Part shown: piece by piece, positions 44,050 to 55,665 of the stretch
How the letters are laid out: the number at the start of each line of letters is the position of its first letter
How positions within the stretch are numbered: position 1 is the first letter of the stretch
NCBI GenBank assembly: GCA_963833095.1
Contig: CAWHWQ010000008.1
Location: 165,906-229,905 of the forward strand
DNA length: 64,000 bases
From: Vulcanimicrobiota bacterium
GTDB taxonomy: Bacteria; Vulcanimicrobiota; Vulcanimicrobiia; Vulcanimicrobiales; Vulcanimicrobiaceae
Direction of reading: 5' to 3'
Made by a program: the position numbers and the translations under genes
Notes under the pieces: generated by a model
The model's input: only the letters and a program-made list of their open reading frames with translations
The model's database searches: none
What the model was told of the DNA's origin: nothing

Positions 44050-44463
44050 AAAAACAGCATACTTCATTAGCATTGCCGTCCGACCGCGACGCTGCTCGCA
44101 GGATGCGGCACGCCGAGCCCGGTGGGCACCGTCGACGTCGCAGCGCATCGTCGCGAACTGGCCGGAATATCAGCCGACCAGCAGCAATTGCTCGCTGACG
44201 AACAGGCCATTGCGCAGAGCAAGGCTGGCAAGCCGACAAGCAGCGCCAGGCTGCCGCGCTGCAAGCGAAATATGCCGGCATCACCGATCAGCTGACCAAG
44301 CAGCAATCAAGGACGCGGCGGGCAAGGTCGCGGCAAGATGAGCAGCTCAAGCTGGTCGTCACGCAAGAAGGCGTCGGATACGGCGGCTCGGACATCACGG
44401 CCGACGTCGAAAAAGTAATGAACATCACGGAGAAGCCGACTCCAGTCCGCAGTCCGTGGCTAA
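44046..44463 (+). CDS. Short Skp/OmpH-like protein; apparent frameshifts
   Basis: VGTVDV.RIVANWPEY...LKLVVTQEGVGYGGSDITADVEK. Confidence 0.6.
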
Positions 44464-44467
44464 GCGC

Positions 44468-45507
44468 ATGCTCGGCACGCTGCAGGAGTTGGCGGCCCGC
44501 GTCGGCGGGCGCGTCGTCGGCGACGGTAAGGTCGTGATCGCGCGCGTGACGGCGGTCGACGAAGCGGCTCCCGATGCGCTGACGTTTGCCACCGACGAAC
44601 AGTACTCGCCGCCGCGCTTGCAAGCGCGAGCGGCGGCGGTGCTGGTCGACGCGGCGTTTCACTCGACGAAAGCGCGGCGAACAAACCATTGCTGGTGGTC
44701 GAGAACGCGCGCGTCGCACTCGCCAGCTGCTTGCCTCGCTCCGACCGCCGATGTCCGCGCGGCCCATTTCGCCATCCGACCGCGGCCATCGAACGAGGGC
44801 CGACAGTCGCCGCCGACGCGTATGTCGGCGCGCACGCTTACGTCGGTCGCGGCGCGCGCGTCGGGACGCGGAAGCGTGATCGACGCCGGCGCGTACGTCG
44901 GCGCTGACGCGCGATCGGCGAGGATCGACCTGGCTGCACCCGCGCGCGACCGCTCATGGAACGCTGCGTCGTCGGGATCGCGTCGTGCTGCATCGGGCAT
45001 GCGTGATCGGCAGCGAGGGTTTCGGCTGGGCGTTCCTCGACGGCCGGCTCGAACGCATTCCGCAGGTCGGCAACGTCGTGCTCGACGACGAAGTCGAGAT
45101 CGGCGCGAATAGCTGCGTCGATCGCGCGCAGACCGGCAGCACGCGCATCGGCACCGGCACGAAGATCGACAATCTGGTGCAGATCGGCCACAACTGCCGC
45201 ATCGGCAAACACTGCGCGATTGCCGCGCTAACCGGCCTCGCGGGCTCGACCACCGTCGGCGACTACGTGAAAATCGCCGGCCAAGTCGGCACGCGCGGCC
45301 ACATGACGATCGGTTCGCGCGCAACGATCGCCGGGACAAACCGGCGTTTGGGGCGACGTACCTGACGGCGCGATGATCTCCGGCAATCCGGCGCGCGACC
45401 ATCGCGAGAAGCTGCGGCGACGAGGTGATGATGCGCAAGCTGCCAAAGCAAGTGCTCTATCAACGCGTCGGAGCGCGAGCGTGCGCAAGAGACGCGATGC
45501 ACCGTAG
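44468..45507 (+). CDS. lpxD: UDP-3-O-acylglucosamine N-acyltransferase; apparent frameshifts
   Basis: [24 protein letters not shown]...[35 protein letters not shown]. Confidence 0.93.
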
Positions 45508-46315
45508 AAGCAGGCGACGCTGGCGCGCCGCTGCGTTTCGAAGGCGTCGGTTTGCATACCGGCGCGCCGGCGGCGATGGACGTCCGGCCGGCGAATGCCG
45601 GTGACGGCTTCGCTTTCGTTGCTCGGACGGCGTGCGCATTCCGGCGACCGCCGAGTACGTGATCGATACGCGCGCGCGACCGTGCTCGGTCGCAACGGAA
45701 CGCGATTTCGACGATCGAGCACGTGCTCTCGGCGCTCTTCGCGCTGCGGCGTCAGCAACGCGGAGATCGCCGTCGACGGTCCGGAGATCCCGGTTCGCGA
45801 CGGCAGCGCCGCCGATTCGCCGACGCGATCGAAGCGGCCGGCCTGGTCGAGTTCGACGCGCCGCGCGCGCGTCTTGCGCCGCGCCGGCGATGGTGTTTCG
45901 GGACGGCGACCGCGCGGTGATCGTCCTGCCGGCGGACGAATTTCGCGTGCGCTTCGTGGTCGATTTCCCGGCGCCGGTCGGCACGCAGTACTTCGATACG
46001 GCGATCGACCCCGCGGACGTATCGCGAGCAGATCGCCGCAGCCGCACGTTCGGCTATCTGCACGAAGTCGAAGCGCTGCGCGCGCGGGGACTCGCGCTGG
46101 GCGGGAGTCCTCGACAACGCGGTCGTGTTCGACGAGGACGGGCCGATGCAGCCGCTGCGTTGGCCCAACGAAGTGGTGCGCCACAAAGTGCTCGACCTGA
46201 TCGGCGATTTCGCATTGCTGGGCGCGTGGCCGCAGTGCGAGGTCATCGCGATCAAGAGCGGGCACGCGCTGCATGCGCAAGCGACGCGCGATTACACGCG
46301 CACATGCCCGGCTAG
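45497..46315 (+). CDS. lpxC: UDP-3-O-acyl-GlcNAc deacetylase; apparent frameshifts
   Basis: [54 protein letters not shown]. Confidence 0.92.
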
Positions 46316-46327
46316 CGACGGAACGCG

Positions 46328-46808
46328 ATGGCTGAACATCGACATCCGCGAGATCATGGAGATCTTGCCGCACCGCTATCCGATGCTGTTGATCGATCGC
46401 ATCCTGGAACTGGAGACCGATGAGCGTGCGCGCGCGGCTTACAAGAACATCACCGCCAACGAGCCGATGTTCACCGGACACTTTCCGGGCAATCCGGTGT
46501 TTCCCGGGGTGTACATGATCGAGGCGATGGCGCAGCTCGGCGGCGCGACGTGTGCTCGAGCCGGGCGAGTTGGCGCGCAAGATGCCGTATCTGGCCGGCA
46601 TCGACAAAGTGCAAGTTCCGCCGTCCGGTCGTTCCGGGCGACCGTCTCGAGATGGAAGTCGCGCTTGATGCGGCACAAGCGCAACATCGGTTGGGTCGCA
46701 CGGCGAAGCGACCGTCGACGGGCAGTTCGTCTGTTCGGCCGAGCTGATGTTTTCGATCGCCGCCGATCCGCGCAGCTTCGCCTCGATGCGCCGGTCCTGC
46801 ATGCGTGA
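46328..46808 (+). CDS. fabZ: 3-hydroxyacyl-ACP dehydratase; apparent frameshifts
   Basis: [55 protein letters not shown]. Confidence 0.95.
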
Positions 46809-47573
46809 TTCACCCCACCGCCATCGTTCATCCGAGCGCCAACATCGCGCGGGGTGCCGAGATCGGCCCGTATTGCGTCGTCGGCGAGAACGTCACGATC
46901 GGTGCGGGCACCGTGCTGCAAGCGCACGTGGTCATCAACGGCTGGACGACGATCGGCGAAGACTGCGAGATCTACCCGTTCGCGTCGATCGGCGCTTCGT
47001 CGCAGGACCGCAAGTACGCCGGTGAGCGCGCGTACACGAAGATCGGCAACCGCACGGTGATGCGCGAATACGTGTCGGTCCAGCGCGCGACCGGCGAAGA
47101 CCAGGTAACGGCCGTCGGCGACGAATGCCTACTGCTCGCTTACGTGCACATCGCGCACAACTGCATCGTTCGGCAACGGCGTGACGATGTCCAACCTCGC
47201 GCAGCTCGCGGGCCACGTGGAGATCGGGGATCACGCGACGATCGGCGGGCAGGCCGGCGTGCATCAATTTACGCGCATCGGCGCTACGCGATGGTCGGCG
47301 GCGCGAGCAAGATCGCCAAAGACGTGCCGCCGTTCTTTTTGATCGAAGGCAACCCGGCCGAACCCTACGGGCTCAACTAGCGTCGGATTGCGCCGCGCCG
47401 GCTTCAGCGTCGAGGAGCGCAACGAGATCAAGAAGTTCTACAAGATCCTCTATAACCCAAAACTCAACGTTTCACAGGCGGTCGAGGAGATGAAGGCCGA
47501 AGCTTCGAGCGATCCGGGACGCGAATTGGTCGCGTTTCTCGAGGCCCCGTCGCAGCGCGGCATTTTGAAGTGA
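46805..47573 (+). CDS. lpxA: UDP-GlcNAc O-acyltransferase; apparent frameshifts
   Basis: [12 protein letters not shown], hexapeptide repeats, [36 protein letters not shown]...RGILK. Confidence 0.95.
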
Positions 47574-47600
47574 TGGCTGGCTTCGCTCACACTAGGTGAT

Positions 47601-48729
47601 ATGCGTTATTTTTTCTCCACAGGGGAAGCCTCCGGCGAACTAAACGCGGTGCTGCTCGCTGCGGCGATCGAAAGCCGCGATGCGCAAGCGCAGTTCGAGG
47701 GCATCGGCGCCGAGCGTATGCGCAGCAAGCTTCACGCTTTGGCGCGATCACACCGGCTGGGCGAGCATGGGACCGCTCGCAGCGATTCCGCGCATTCCGC
47801 AGCTGCTCGTAACGATGTGGCGCACCGCGGCGCATCTGGCCGCCGAAAAACCCGACCTCATCGTGCTCGTCGACTTCGGCGCGTTCAACATGCGCTTGGC
47901 TAAGACGCTGCGCACGCGCCTGAAGTATGCCGGCCCCATTATCTACTTTTTCCGCCGGCAACGTGGCTCGACAAAGAGGGCGTCGCGCGCGCGGTCGGCG
48001 CGATGACGGTGCCGCTGACGGCGTTCGCGCATCAGTACGAGTTTTACAAATCGCACCGTCTTCCGATCATGTACTTCGGACATCCGCTCGCGGGACAGTA
48101 TGCGTTGCGTCCGCCCCAGCCCGCGCCGCCGCCGGACGGCGGAACGATCGCGCTCTTGCCGGGCAGCCGCGCCGGCGAATTGAAATATCACGTGCCGGCG
48201 CTGCTTGCCGCGCTGAAGATTTTGCGCGCGACCCGCCCGCGGCTGCGAGCCGTGTTCGGCGCGGCGGGCGCTCCGAGCGAGCGGATTATTGCGCGCGCGC
48301 TCAAGCGCGCCCGCGTTGAAAACGTGACGATCGCGCCCGGCGTCGCAGCCGCGATCGCGGGCGCCGATGCGGCGTGCGTCGCCTCGGGCACGGCGGTGCT
48401 CGAGACGGTGCTCGCCGGGGTTCCGGCGGTCGCGCTCTATATCGTCAATCCGATGGTGGCCGGCTACGGGCGGCGAATGCAAAAGAAGATCTTCAAAGCC
48501 CGCTACATCACGCTGCCGAATCTCGTGCTCGAGCGCGAACTCGTCCCCGAGCTATTGCAGGACGATGCGACGCCGCAAGCGCTCGCCGCCGCGATGGAGA
48601 CCGTGCTACGCGATCCCTCGCGACAATACGAGCAGTTTGCGGAGGTGCGCGCGCGCTTGGGTCCGCCCGACGCGCTTGATGATGCGCGCGAAATTCGCGG
48701 TTGCGCTAGCCAAGGCGGGACAGCGCTGA
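47601..48729 (+). CDS. lpxB: Lipid-A-disaccharide synthase; apparent frameshifts
   Basis: FSTGEASGEL, PDLIVLVDFGAFN, YFGHPL, ALLPGSRAGE, ASGTAVLE, ITLPNL...VPELLQ. Confidence 0.92.
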
Positions 48730-49454
48730 TGCGGCTCTATCACACCTCGGATCTGCACGACCATCGCGGTTTCGTCGCGCGGCTGCGCGCGTTGCGCGAC
48801 GAGCGACCCGGCTTGCTCTTCGACTGCGGCGACTCGCTGCGCGGAAGCCAGACGGTGTATCATCGACGCGAGCCGATCATCGACGAGATCGATGCGGCCG
48901 GCTACGACGCGCAGGCGATCGGCAACCGCGAATTCCACTATCTGTATCCGCTGCTGCGCGCTCGCGCGCGTAAGATGATGCATCCGCTGGTGTGCAGCAA
49001 CTTGCTCGACACTAAGGGACGCGAACTGCCGTTTCTGCAGTCGATGACGATGCGTTTCGAGGACGTGACCATCCACGTCGTCGGGCTCCTGATCATGCAA
49101 TATCCGGTGGGCAGCCCTTGGGAGCGGATTTTCGGCTGGCGCTTTCTCGATCCGTGGGATGCGCTAGCGCCGCATGTCGAGCGTGTGCCCGACGGCGACA
49201 TGCTGGTCGTGCTTTCGCACGTCGGGCTTTCGCTCGATCGCGAGCTCGCGCAGCGCGTGCCGCGCATCGATCTGATCTTGGGTGGCCACAGCCACGACAC
49301 GCTCTTTGCGCCCGAGGTGGTCAACGGCGTGCCGATCGTGCACGCGGGACCGTACGGACAATACGTCTCGCGCACCGAGCTTGGGTACGATGCCGAGCGC
49401 AAACGCTTCGCGATCGACGATTTCGAACTCGTGCCGTTGCTCGGCGCGCCATGA
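48729..49454 (+). CDS. Stand-alone calcineurin-like metallophosphoesterase (5'-nucleotidase N-terminal-type)
   Basis: HTSDLH, DCGDSL, AIGNREF, LSHVG, GGHSH; overlaps the lpxB stop and the next start. Fusion to LpxB in the ORF track is due to an indel. Confidence 0.85.
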   Translation: MRLYHTSDLHDHRGFVARLRALRDERPGLLFDCGDSLRGSQTVYHRREPIIDEIDAAGYDAQAIGNREFHYLYPLLRARARKMMHPLVCSNLLDTKGRELPFLQSMTMRFEDVTIHVVGLLIMQYPVGSPWERIFGWRFLDPWDALAPHVERVPDGDMLVVLSHVGLSLDRELAQRVPRIDLILGGHSHDTLFAPEVVNGVPIVHAGPYGQYVSRTELGYDAERKRFAIDDFELVPLLGAP

Positions 49455-50605
49455 GCTCTCGGCTGTTATTCATTACAAACGGGCATGGGGAGATTGCAAT
49501 AGCCGATCGCATCGCGCAGGAAGTGCACGCGCTCGACGGTGCGATTGCGATCGATCACTTTCCGTTGGTAGGCGATAGCCGTTCGGCGATCATGCGCGAG
49601 GTTGGGCCGCGACGGGTCATGCCAAGCGGCGGTCTGCTCGCGATGGGCAACCTGCGCAACATCGCGCGCGACGTGAGCAATGGTCTTTTGACGCTCACCT
49701 TTCGTCAGCGGCGCTTTTTGCAACGCGCGCGCGGTGAGTATGCGCGGGTCGTCGCGATCGGCGATGTGTTCGCGCTGCTGATGGGCCTTACGGTTCGCGC
49801 GCCGCTGACCTACGTTGGAACGGCCAAGAGCGTGCGCGTTGCGCCGTATGGTTTTTTCGAACGGCGCGCGCTGCGCCGCGCGGACGAGATCTTCGTGCGC
49901 GACGAACCGACGGCGCAGCGGCTGCGCGAGCAAGGAGTTGACGCCCGAGCGCCGGGCAATGTGATCGTCGATCTTTTCGGCGAGGACGATCCGCGAGCCG
50001 ATATCGCGGCGCAAGGTTTTGTGCCGATGCTCGCGGTCTTCCCCGGTAGCCGGCAGAGTTCGTATCCCGATGCGCGCTTTTTGCTCGAGGTCGTGCGTCG
50101 CGTGGCCCAGCATCGTCCACAGTTGGGCGCGGTCGTCTCGATTGCGCCGCTGCTGGATGCCGCAACCTTTGCGCGCGGATTTCGCGACGATGGGTGGGAG
50201 GTTGACGAACTCTCGGACGCGCGCGTTCCGTTTACTCTGCGGCAAAACGGCCGCGTCGTTGCGCGCGCGTGGAACGGTCCGATCGGTCCATTGCTGGCGC
50301 GGGCGCAGGTCGTGATGGGCCAAGCCGGTACCGCGAATGAAGCCGCCGCGGCCGCGGGCGTGCCGGTGGTCGCCTTCGAACGCAACCGCGATCGCAAGAC
50401 GACGTGGTATCGCATGCGCCAACACGGCTTGCTGGGCGAAGCGCTGGCGGTGTTGCCGGGAGATTTGTCACAGGCAGCGGCCAGTTTAGAAGCGCTGCTC
50501 GACGACGCGCCGCGCCGCGCGGTGATGGGTGCGCGAGGTCGCGAGCGGATGGGTGGGCCAGGCGGCGCGCGAGCCATCGCGCGCGAGATCGTCGAGCGGC
50601 TGTAG
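49451..50605 (+). CDS. Lipid-A-disaccharide synthase-related protein (TIGR03492-like GT-B)
   Basis: LLFITNGHGE, FPLVG, MPSGG, VGTAKS, FVRDE, PGNVIVD, FPGSR, GQAGTANE, GRERMGGPG. Confidence 0.8.
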   Translation: MSSRLLFITNGHGEIAIADRIAQEVHALDGAIAIDHFPLVGDSRSAIMREVGPRRVMPSGGLLAMGNLRNIARDVSNGLLTLTFRQRRFLQRARGEYARVVAIGDVFALLMGLTVRAPLTYVGTAKSVRVAPYGFFERRALRRADEIFVRDEPTAQRLREQGVDARAPGNVIVDLFGEDDPRADIAAQGFVPMLAVFPGSRQSSYPDARFLLEVVRRVAQHRPQLGAVVSIAPLLDAATFARGFRDDGWEVDELSDARVPFTLRQNGRVVARAWNGPIGPLLARAQVVMGQAGTANEAAAAAGVPVVAFERNRDRKTTWYRMRQHGLLGEALAVLPGDLSQAAASLEALLDDAPRRAVMGARGRERMGGPGGARAIAREIVERL

Positions 50606-51813
50606 TGACGCGATTCGAACGACTCGAGGTTGGCGCAAACGCTGCGGCGTTCGCCTGCGTGCCGTTCTTTCCGAGCTTTATCACGCTGACCAACGTCGCA
50701 TTTCCGGGGGTTTCGATCGTTCCTCTGCCGCTGGCGCTTGCGCTACTGTGCGCGATGCTCGTGCTGGCGGTGGTCGCTGCCATCGGCATGCTGCGCCCAC
50801 CGCGCTATGAGCCGGTGCTGTTGCGGCCGATGCTGCTTTGGCTTGGTGCCTGTTTGGTCTCGCTCGCGCTAGGATTCAATGTGCGTGACGGCGCGGTGTT
50901 CATTCTCATCTTTGCGCTCACCGTGCTCTGGCACGCGAATATCGATCGCTACTACGCGCTGCCGGGGATGTCGCGGGCAATTTGGTGGGCGTACCTGCTC
51001 TCGGGCACGCTTGCGAGCATCGCGGCAATTGCTATGGTCGTGACGCGCATTCCGGCCGTCCAATATACGATCGCCAACGGTCGCGCGGTCGGAACGTTCG
51101 TCTTGCCCGGTGAGCTCGCGGGCTATTTGCTCTTCTTTCTTCCAATTGCGTTTGCGCTTGCGCGCAGCGCGCATGGCGCAGCGTTGCGCGCGCTCGGGTG
51201 GATCGGGTGCGTCGCCGGGTCGATCGCAATGATCTTGACCTTCTCGCGCACCGGCTGGGTGGGCTTCGCCGCCGGAATTGCCTTCTTGATCGTTCTGCGC
51301 TCGAACGCCGCTCGGGCGCGCGTCGTGCAAGGGATCGCGATCGTCGTGGCCGCGGTGGCGTCGTGTTGCTGACCTTCAACGAACACCACAATCCGAGCGA
51401 GAACTACACGCGGCTTTCGATCTGGCAGGCGGCGCTCGGACGTGATCGAGCGCTTTCCGCTCACCGGCGTCGGTCCGTTCGAATTTTCGAGAATCTACCC
51501 GTTCGTGCGTGTACCCGACGGTGATGCGACGCATATCATGCGCACAGCATGTACCTGACGATTTTAGCTGAGCTCGGGATCGTCGGATTTCTGGCATTTT
51601 GCTGGGTGATCTGGAGCTTTGCGCGCGAGTGGTTCCGGCGTTTTCGCGCGCTGCCTGCGCCGCGTCCTGCTGGCCAGCGCGATTGCAGCGGGACTCGTGG
51701 GCGTCGCCGTGCAAGGCCTGATCGATACCGTGAGCGTCGTGATCTTCGGCCTGCTGCTTCCCATGCTCGCGCTGGCTCTCGCCACCGCGCGCAGCGGCAC
51801 AGGTGATGCATGA
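50605..51813 (+). CDS. O-antigen ligase (Wzy_C/WaaL) family protein; apparent frameshifts
   Basis: Many TM helices; RAVGTF..PGELAGYL, LTFSRTGW, TRLSIW, PLTGVG, HAHSMYLTILAELGIVG. Confidence 0.85.
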
Positions 51814-52355
51814 GGCGACGGGTCGTTCTTGCAGCCGCGTGCTGGCGCTACTTTGCGCCTGCAATCCGAAGCGCCCAAAGCTCATCCGACGGCCGCTCCC
51901 AGCCCAAGCCCAACATCGACCTCGCTTTCGCTCAAGATCACCGGGCAGCGGCACCTCGGCGCAGCCGGTGCGCTTCGTAGCGCAGCAAGCGCGGAAATCG
52001 CGTCGAATACGATCTGCTGGCGCGCTCCTTCGAGAGCATCGGCGCCCAGGGCAATGCTCGCGTGAGCTTCGAGCGCGTACGCATCACCTTTCACGGAAAG
52101 GACGGGTCGACGTTGGTGGCCGATGCGCCGCAAGCGATTGTGGACCAGGTGACGAATACGATTGAAATGGTCGGACGGCGTGCGCGCGAAAAACAACGGG
52201 CACGGCGCTGTCATGCGACTCGCCTTCAATACGATCATCAAACGGAGATGATCTACGGCACAGGACATGTGTTGATTCGATAGCAAGAACGGTTTTCGAG
52301 CCACCGGGAGCCGATTCGAATCGGACATCTCTCTGACGCACACAGAATGCAATGA
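51810..52355 (+). CDS. LptC-like LPS export protein (lipoprotein); apparent frameshifts
   Basis: LCAC lipobox, beta-jellyroll-like ITFHGKDGSTLVADAPQAIVD; directly before lptB. Confidence 0.6.
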
Positions 52356-53098
52356 ACGAAAACGACACTCGATAAAACTTCGCGGCCTGGTGAAGACACT
52401 ACGGCGAACGCACCGTCGTCAACGGCGTGAGCGCCGAAGTGCACCGAGCGAAGTCGTCGGGCTTGCTCGGACCCAACGGCGCCGGAAAGACCACGACGTT
52501 CTACATGGTCGTTGGGCTTGGTGAAGCCCGACGGCGGCGCGCGTCGTGCTCGATCGCGACGGCGACGAGATCGAGTCTCGGGGCGGCCGATGTACGCGCG
52601 CGCGCGCAACGGCATCGGATATCTGGCGCAAGAGAACTCGATCTTTCGCAAGCTCTCGGTCGGCGACAACATTCGGCTTATTTGGGAGCAGAACGGCGTT
52701 TCGCACGACGAACAGGAGCGCGTCTTCCCGCTTTGCTTGAAGAGTTCGGGCTGCGTGAATTCATCAACGCGCGCGGCGATAGCCTTTCGGGCGGCGAACG
52801 CCGGCGCGTAGAAATCGCGCGAGCGATCGCGACGGAGCCGGCCTTTCTCTTGCTCGACGAACCGTTCACCGGCATCGATCCGATTGCCGTCGCCGACATT
52901 CAAGCGATGATCCGCCAACTGCGCGATCGTGGTATCGGCATCTTGATCACCGATCACCAAGTTCGCGAGACGCTTGCCATCGTCGATCGCGCGTACATCA
53001 TGAACAACGGGCGCATCGAAGTTTCTGGTACCGCGCACGACGTGCTCGAGTCGCCGATCGCGCGCACGTTCTATCTGGGAGAGGGCTTCCGGCTCTAG
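52352..53098 (+). CDS. lptB: LPS export ABC transporter ATPase; apparent frameshifts
   Basis: GLLGPNGAGKTTTFYM, GIGYLAQENSIFRKL, LSGGERRRVEIARA, LDEPFTGIDPIAV, ITDH, YLGEGFRL. Confidence 0.95.
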
Positions 53099-54233
53099 TG
53101 TCGCTCGTGCTCCGCCGGGTGCGCCGTTACTCGCGCCTCTTGATCCTCGACCGGTACATGCTCACCGAACTCGCCGGTCCGGTCGGATTCGGCGTTTCGG
53201 CATTTTTGCTGATCATTGCCGCAACGCAGCTTCTCGCGATCGGGCGCTGGTCTCCAACGATCACATACCGCTGTGGGCCGCAATCGCGATCTTCGTCTGG
53301 CAGGTCCCGGGTGACATCGTCCTGGTCATCCCAATGGCGCTGTTGCTTGGAACGTTGCTCTCGATCCAACGGCTTTCGGGCGAGAGCGAGATGACCGCGA
53401 TGAAGGCCGGCGGCATCAGCTTCGTTCGTATGACGATTCCACTCTTGGCGGCGGGCCTGGTGATGTCGCTGGTCACGTTCGTCGTGCAAGAGTTCGTCAC
53501 GCCGTTCGCGGCCGATCAAGTGGCACAGATCGAAAACCAAGTGCTCACGCGCGCAAGCGCCTTCAATCGCGATCTCACCGTCTCCGCGCCGCTTCCCGGT
53601 GGGGGCAAGCAGATCACCGTCGCGACGTCGTACGAACAGCACTCGCAGGCGCTGCTGCATGTGACCCTGATTCAGTACGACCGCAACGATGTCGCGACGC
53701 AGATCATCTTCGCCGACCGTGCCGACTTCGCGGCCGATCGCTGGCTGCTCGAAAATGCAAGCCTGTACCGGTTCAATCCCGACGGCACCCTGATCTCCGA
53801 GCCGCGCGTTGCCCAACAGCAGGTTGAAATGGGCGAGAATCCAACGGACATCGTCAAACGCTTAAGCCAAAACGATCCTGAGAATTTGAGCCGTGCAGAG
53901 ATCGCGGATATCGTCCACTCGGGCCAACTTACCCAGACCGAGTTGCGCAAGTATGTCACGACCTACCAAGAGAAGCTCGCGCAGCCGTTTGCGTGCTTTG
54001 TCTTCGTGCTGATCGCGATTCCGTACGGTTTGCGCGCAGCGCGTAGCGGCGGCGGCACCAGCGTCGGTTTTGGCCTGGCAGTCGCCATCATCTTTGTGTA
54101 CTACATCGTGCTGATGGCCTTCTCGTTCGTTTCGGAAGCTTTCATCGGCCTTGCACCGCTGTGGGCATGGATGCCGAACATTATCTTTACCGCGATCGGC
54201 GTAGCTCGATTGCGACGCGCGGCTGCCGTATGA
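53098..54233 (+). CDS. LptF/LptG family permease
   Basis: ILDRYMLTEL, PMALLLGTL...RLSGESEMTAMKAGGIS, KLAQPFACFVF, AWMPNIIF; one indel near 53260. Confidence 0.92.
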
Positions 54234-55177
54234 ATTGGGTCGATCTTTTCCGCGGAAGCGGCACGGTGCTGCTTATCATGATCGTGGCCGGCGGCATCGC
54301 TTACGTGGGCGATCGCGTTGGGCATCAGGTCGGGCGCCGGCGCCTCACGCTCTTTGACATACGACCGCGCTACACGTCGACCATCATTGCAATCGGTACC
54401 GGCATGTTGATCGCGCTGAGCGTGACGCTCGTCGCGCTGCTACTGTCGCGCGAAGTCCGCACAGCGTTCTTCCGTATGAATCAAATCACGACGCGAATCT
54501 CGCAGCTCGAGACGCAACAGCGCGATCTGGAAGCCAAGGTCAATACCGGCGAGCTCATCGTTCCGGTCGGCGCCCTGCTCGTGCCGTTCTTCCAATCGAT
54601 CAAACAGGGCGAGCCGGTCGACGAGCGACTGACACAAATCAGGAAGTTCTATCACGAGTCGGTCGACTACATCAACGAAACCTGGGCGCAACGCGGCCTA
54701 AAACGTTATAGCGTTCCCGCGGACATCGACAAAAAGCTCACCGACGAGTTCGGCAGTCCCAATGTGACCGAAGCCTCGCTCTCCGGCAACCTCTTGATGT
54801 TCGTGACCGCGCCGCAGAATCTGTATAAGAATGACGAGATTCACTTTGAATTGCGGCTCTTTCCCGATGCGTTGCTCGTGAAGAAGGGCGGCAAGATTGC
54901 TTCGCTGGTGATTCCCGCGAGTGCGCATGCCAATCCACAGTTGGCCGTCAACGAATTGCAGCAGTACGTGGCGAGCATCGCGCGGTCGCAGCTTGGACTT
55001 CCGCCCTTCCTGGCTGACAACGTGCAAGTGGTGCAAGCTTTCCCCACACCCGATGAAATGGCGCGGCAGCTCTCCGGTGGGAGCGGGAACTTCGTGATGA
55101 CCGCGTTTGCTGCCGAAGACGTCTATCCGCACGTGGGCGGCATGCCGATTGTCGTAACGTTGACGCAGGCGAAGTGA
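54230..55177 (+). CDS. DUF3084 domain protein
   Basis: GGIAYVGDRVGHQVGRRRLTLFDIRPRYTS. Confidence 0.85.
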   Translation: MNWVDLFRGSGTVLLIMIVAGGIAYVGDRVGHQVGRRRLTLFDIRPRYTSTIIAIGTGMLIALSVTLVALLLSREVRTAFFRMNQITTRISQLETQQRDLEAKVNTGELIVPVGALLVPFFQSIKQGEPVDERLTQIRKFYHESVDYINETWAQRGLKRYSVPADIDKKLTDEFGSPNVTEASLSGNLLMFVTAPQNLYKNDEIHFELRLFPDALLVKKGGKIASLVIPASAHANPQLAVNELQQYVASIARSQLGLPPFLADNVQVVQAFPTPDEMARQLSGGSGNFVMTAFAAEDVYPHVGGMPIVVTLTQAK

Positions 55178-55584
55178 CGATACTCGGCGTCGATCCAGGC
55201 ACGCGCAAGGTTGGTTACGCGGTTGTCGACGACCAGGGAGAGGCGCACGACATGGGCATCGAGGCGATCGCCGACTTTGTCGCGCGGGTTCTCGCGCTCA
55301 AAGAGCGCTGGGCATTTGAGGCCATCGCCGTCGGAACCGGTACCAACGCGCGGACGCTGGCGACCGACCTTGCGGGTCTAGGCGTACCGCTAACCTACGT
55401 GGATGAGCGCGAAACGACCCTGCGAGCTCGCTCGCTCTACTTTGCTGACCATCCGCCGCGCGGCTGGCGCCGGCTGATTCCGCTTGGGATGCAACTGCCC
55501 CCGCGTCCCATCGACGATTACGCTGCGGTCCTGATCGCGCGCCGGTACCTTGCGGACGAAGGCAACCACGGCACCAAGGGCTAA
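55174..55584 (+). CDS. YqgF/RuvX-like RNase H-fold nuclease
   Basis: ILGVDPGTRKVGYAVV, AVGTGT, VDERETTLRAR..YF, PRPIDDYAAVLIARRYL. Confidence 0.85.
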   Translation: MTILGVDPGTRKVGYAVVDDQGEAHDMGIEAIADFVARVLALKERWAFEAIAVGTGTNARTLATDLAGLGVPLTYVDERETTLRARSLYFADHPPRGWRRLIPLGMQLPPRPIDDYAAVLIARRYLADEGNHGTKG

Positions 55585-55665
55585 CTGAAACGTTCCCCCA
55601 TTTTGGACGATATTAAAAGTCGCCTGCGGTAGAAGGGGTGGTCAGCCGCAGATGACGGAGGGACC

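Noticed and set aside
47378..47380. In-frame TAG in lpxA as possible recoding
   Set aside because: It sits at an indel ([13 protein letters not shown] resumes in another frame); artefact.
48003..49454. Apparent LpxB-metallophosphoesterase fusion (483-aa ORF)
   Set aside because: A shift near 48680 restores an LpxB end (AKFAVALAKAGQR*) at 48729 that overlaps the ATG of a separate gene.
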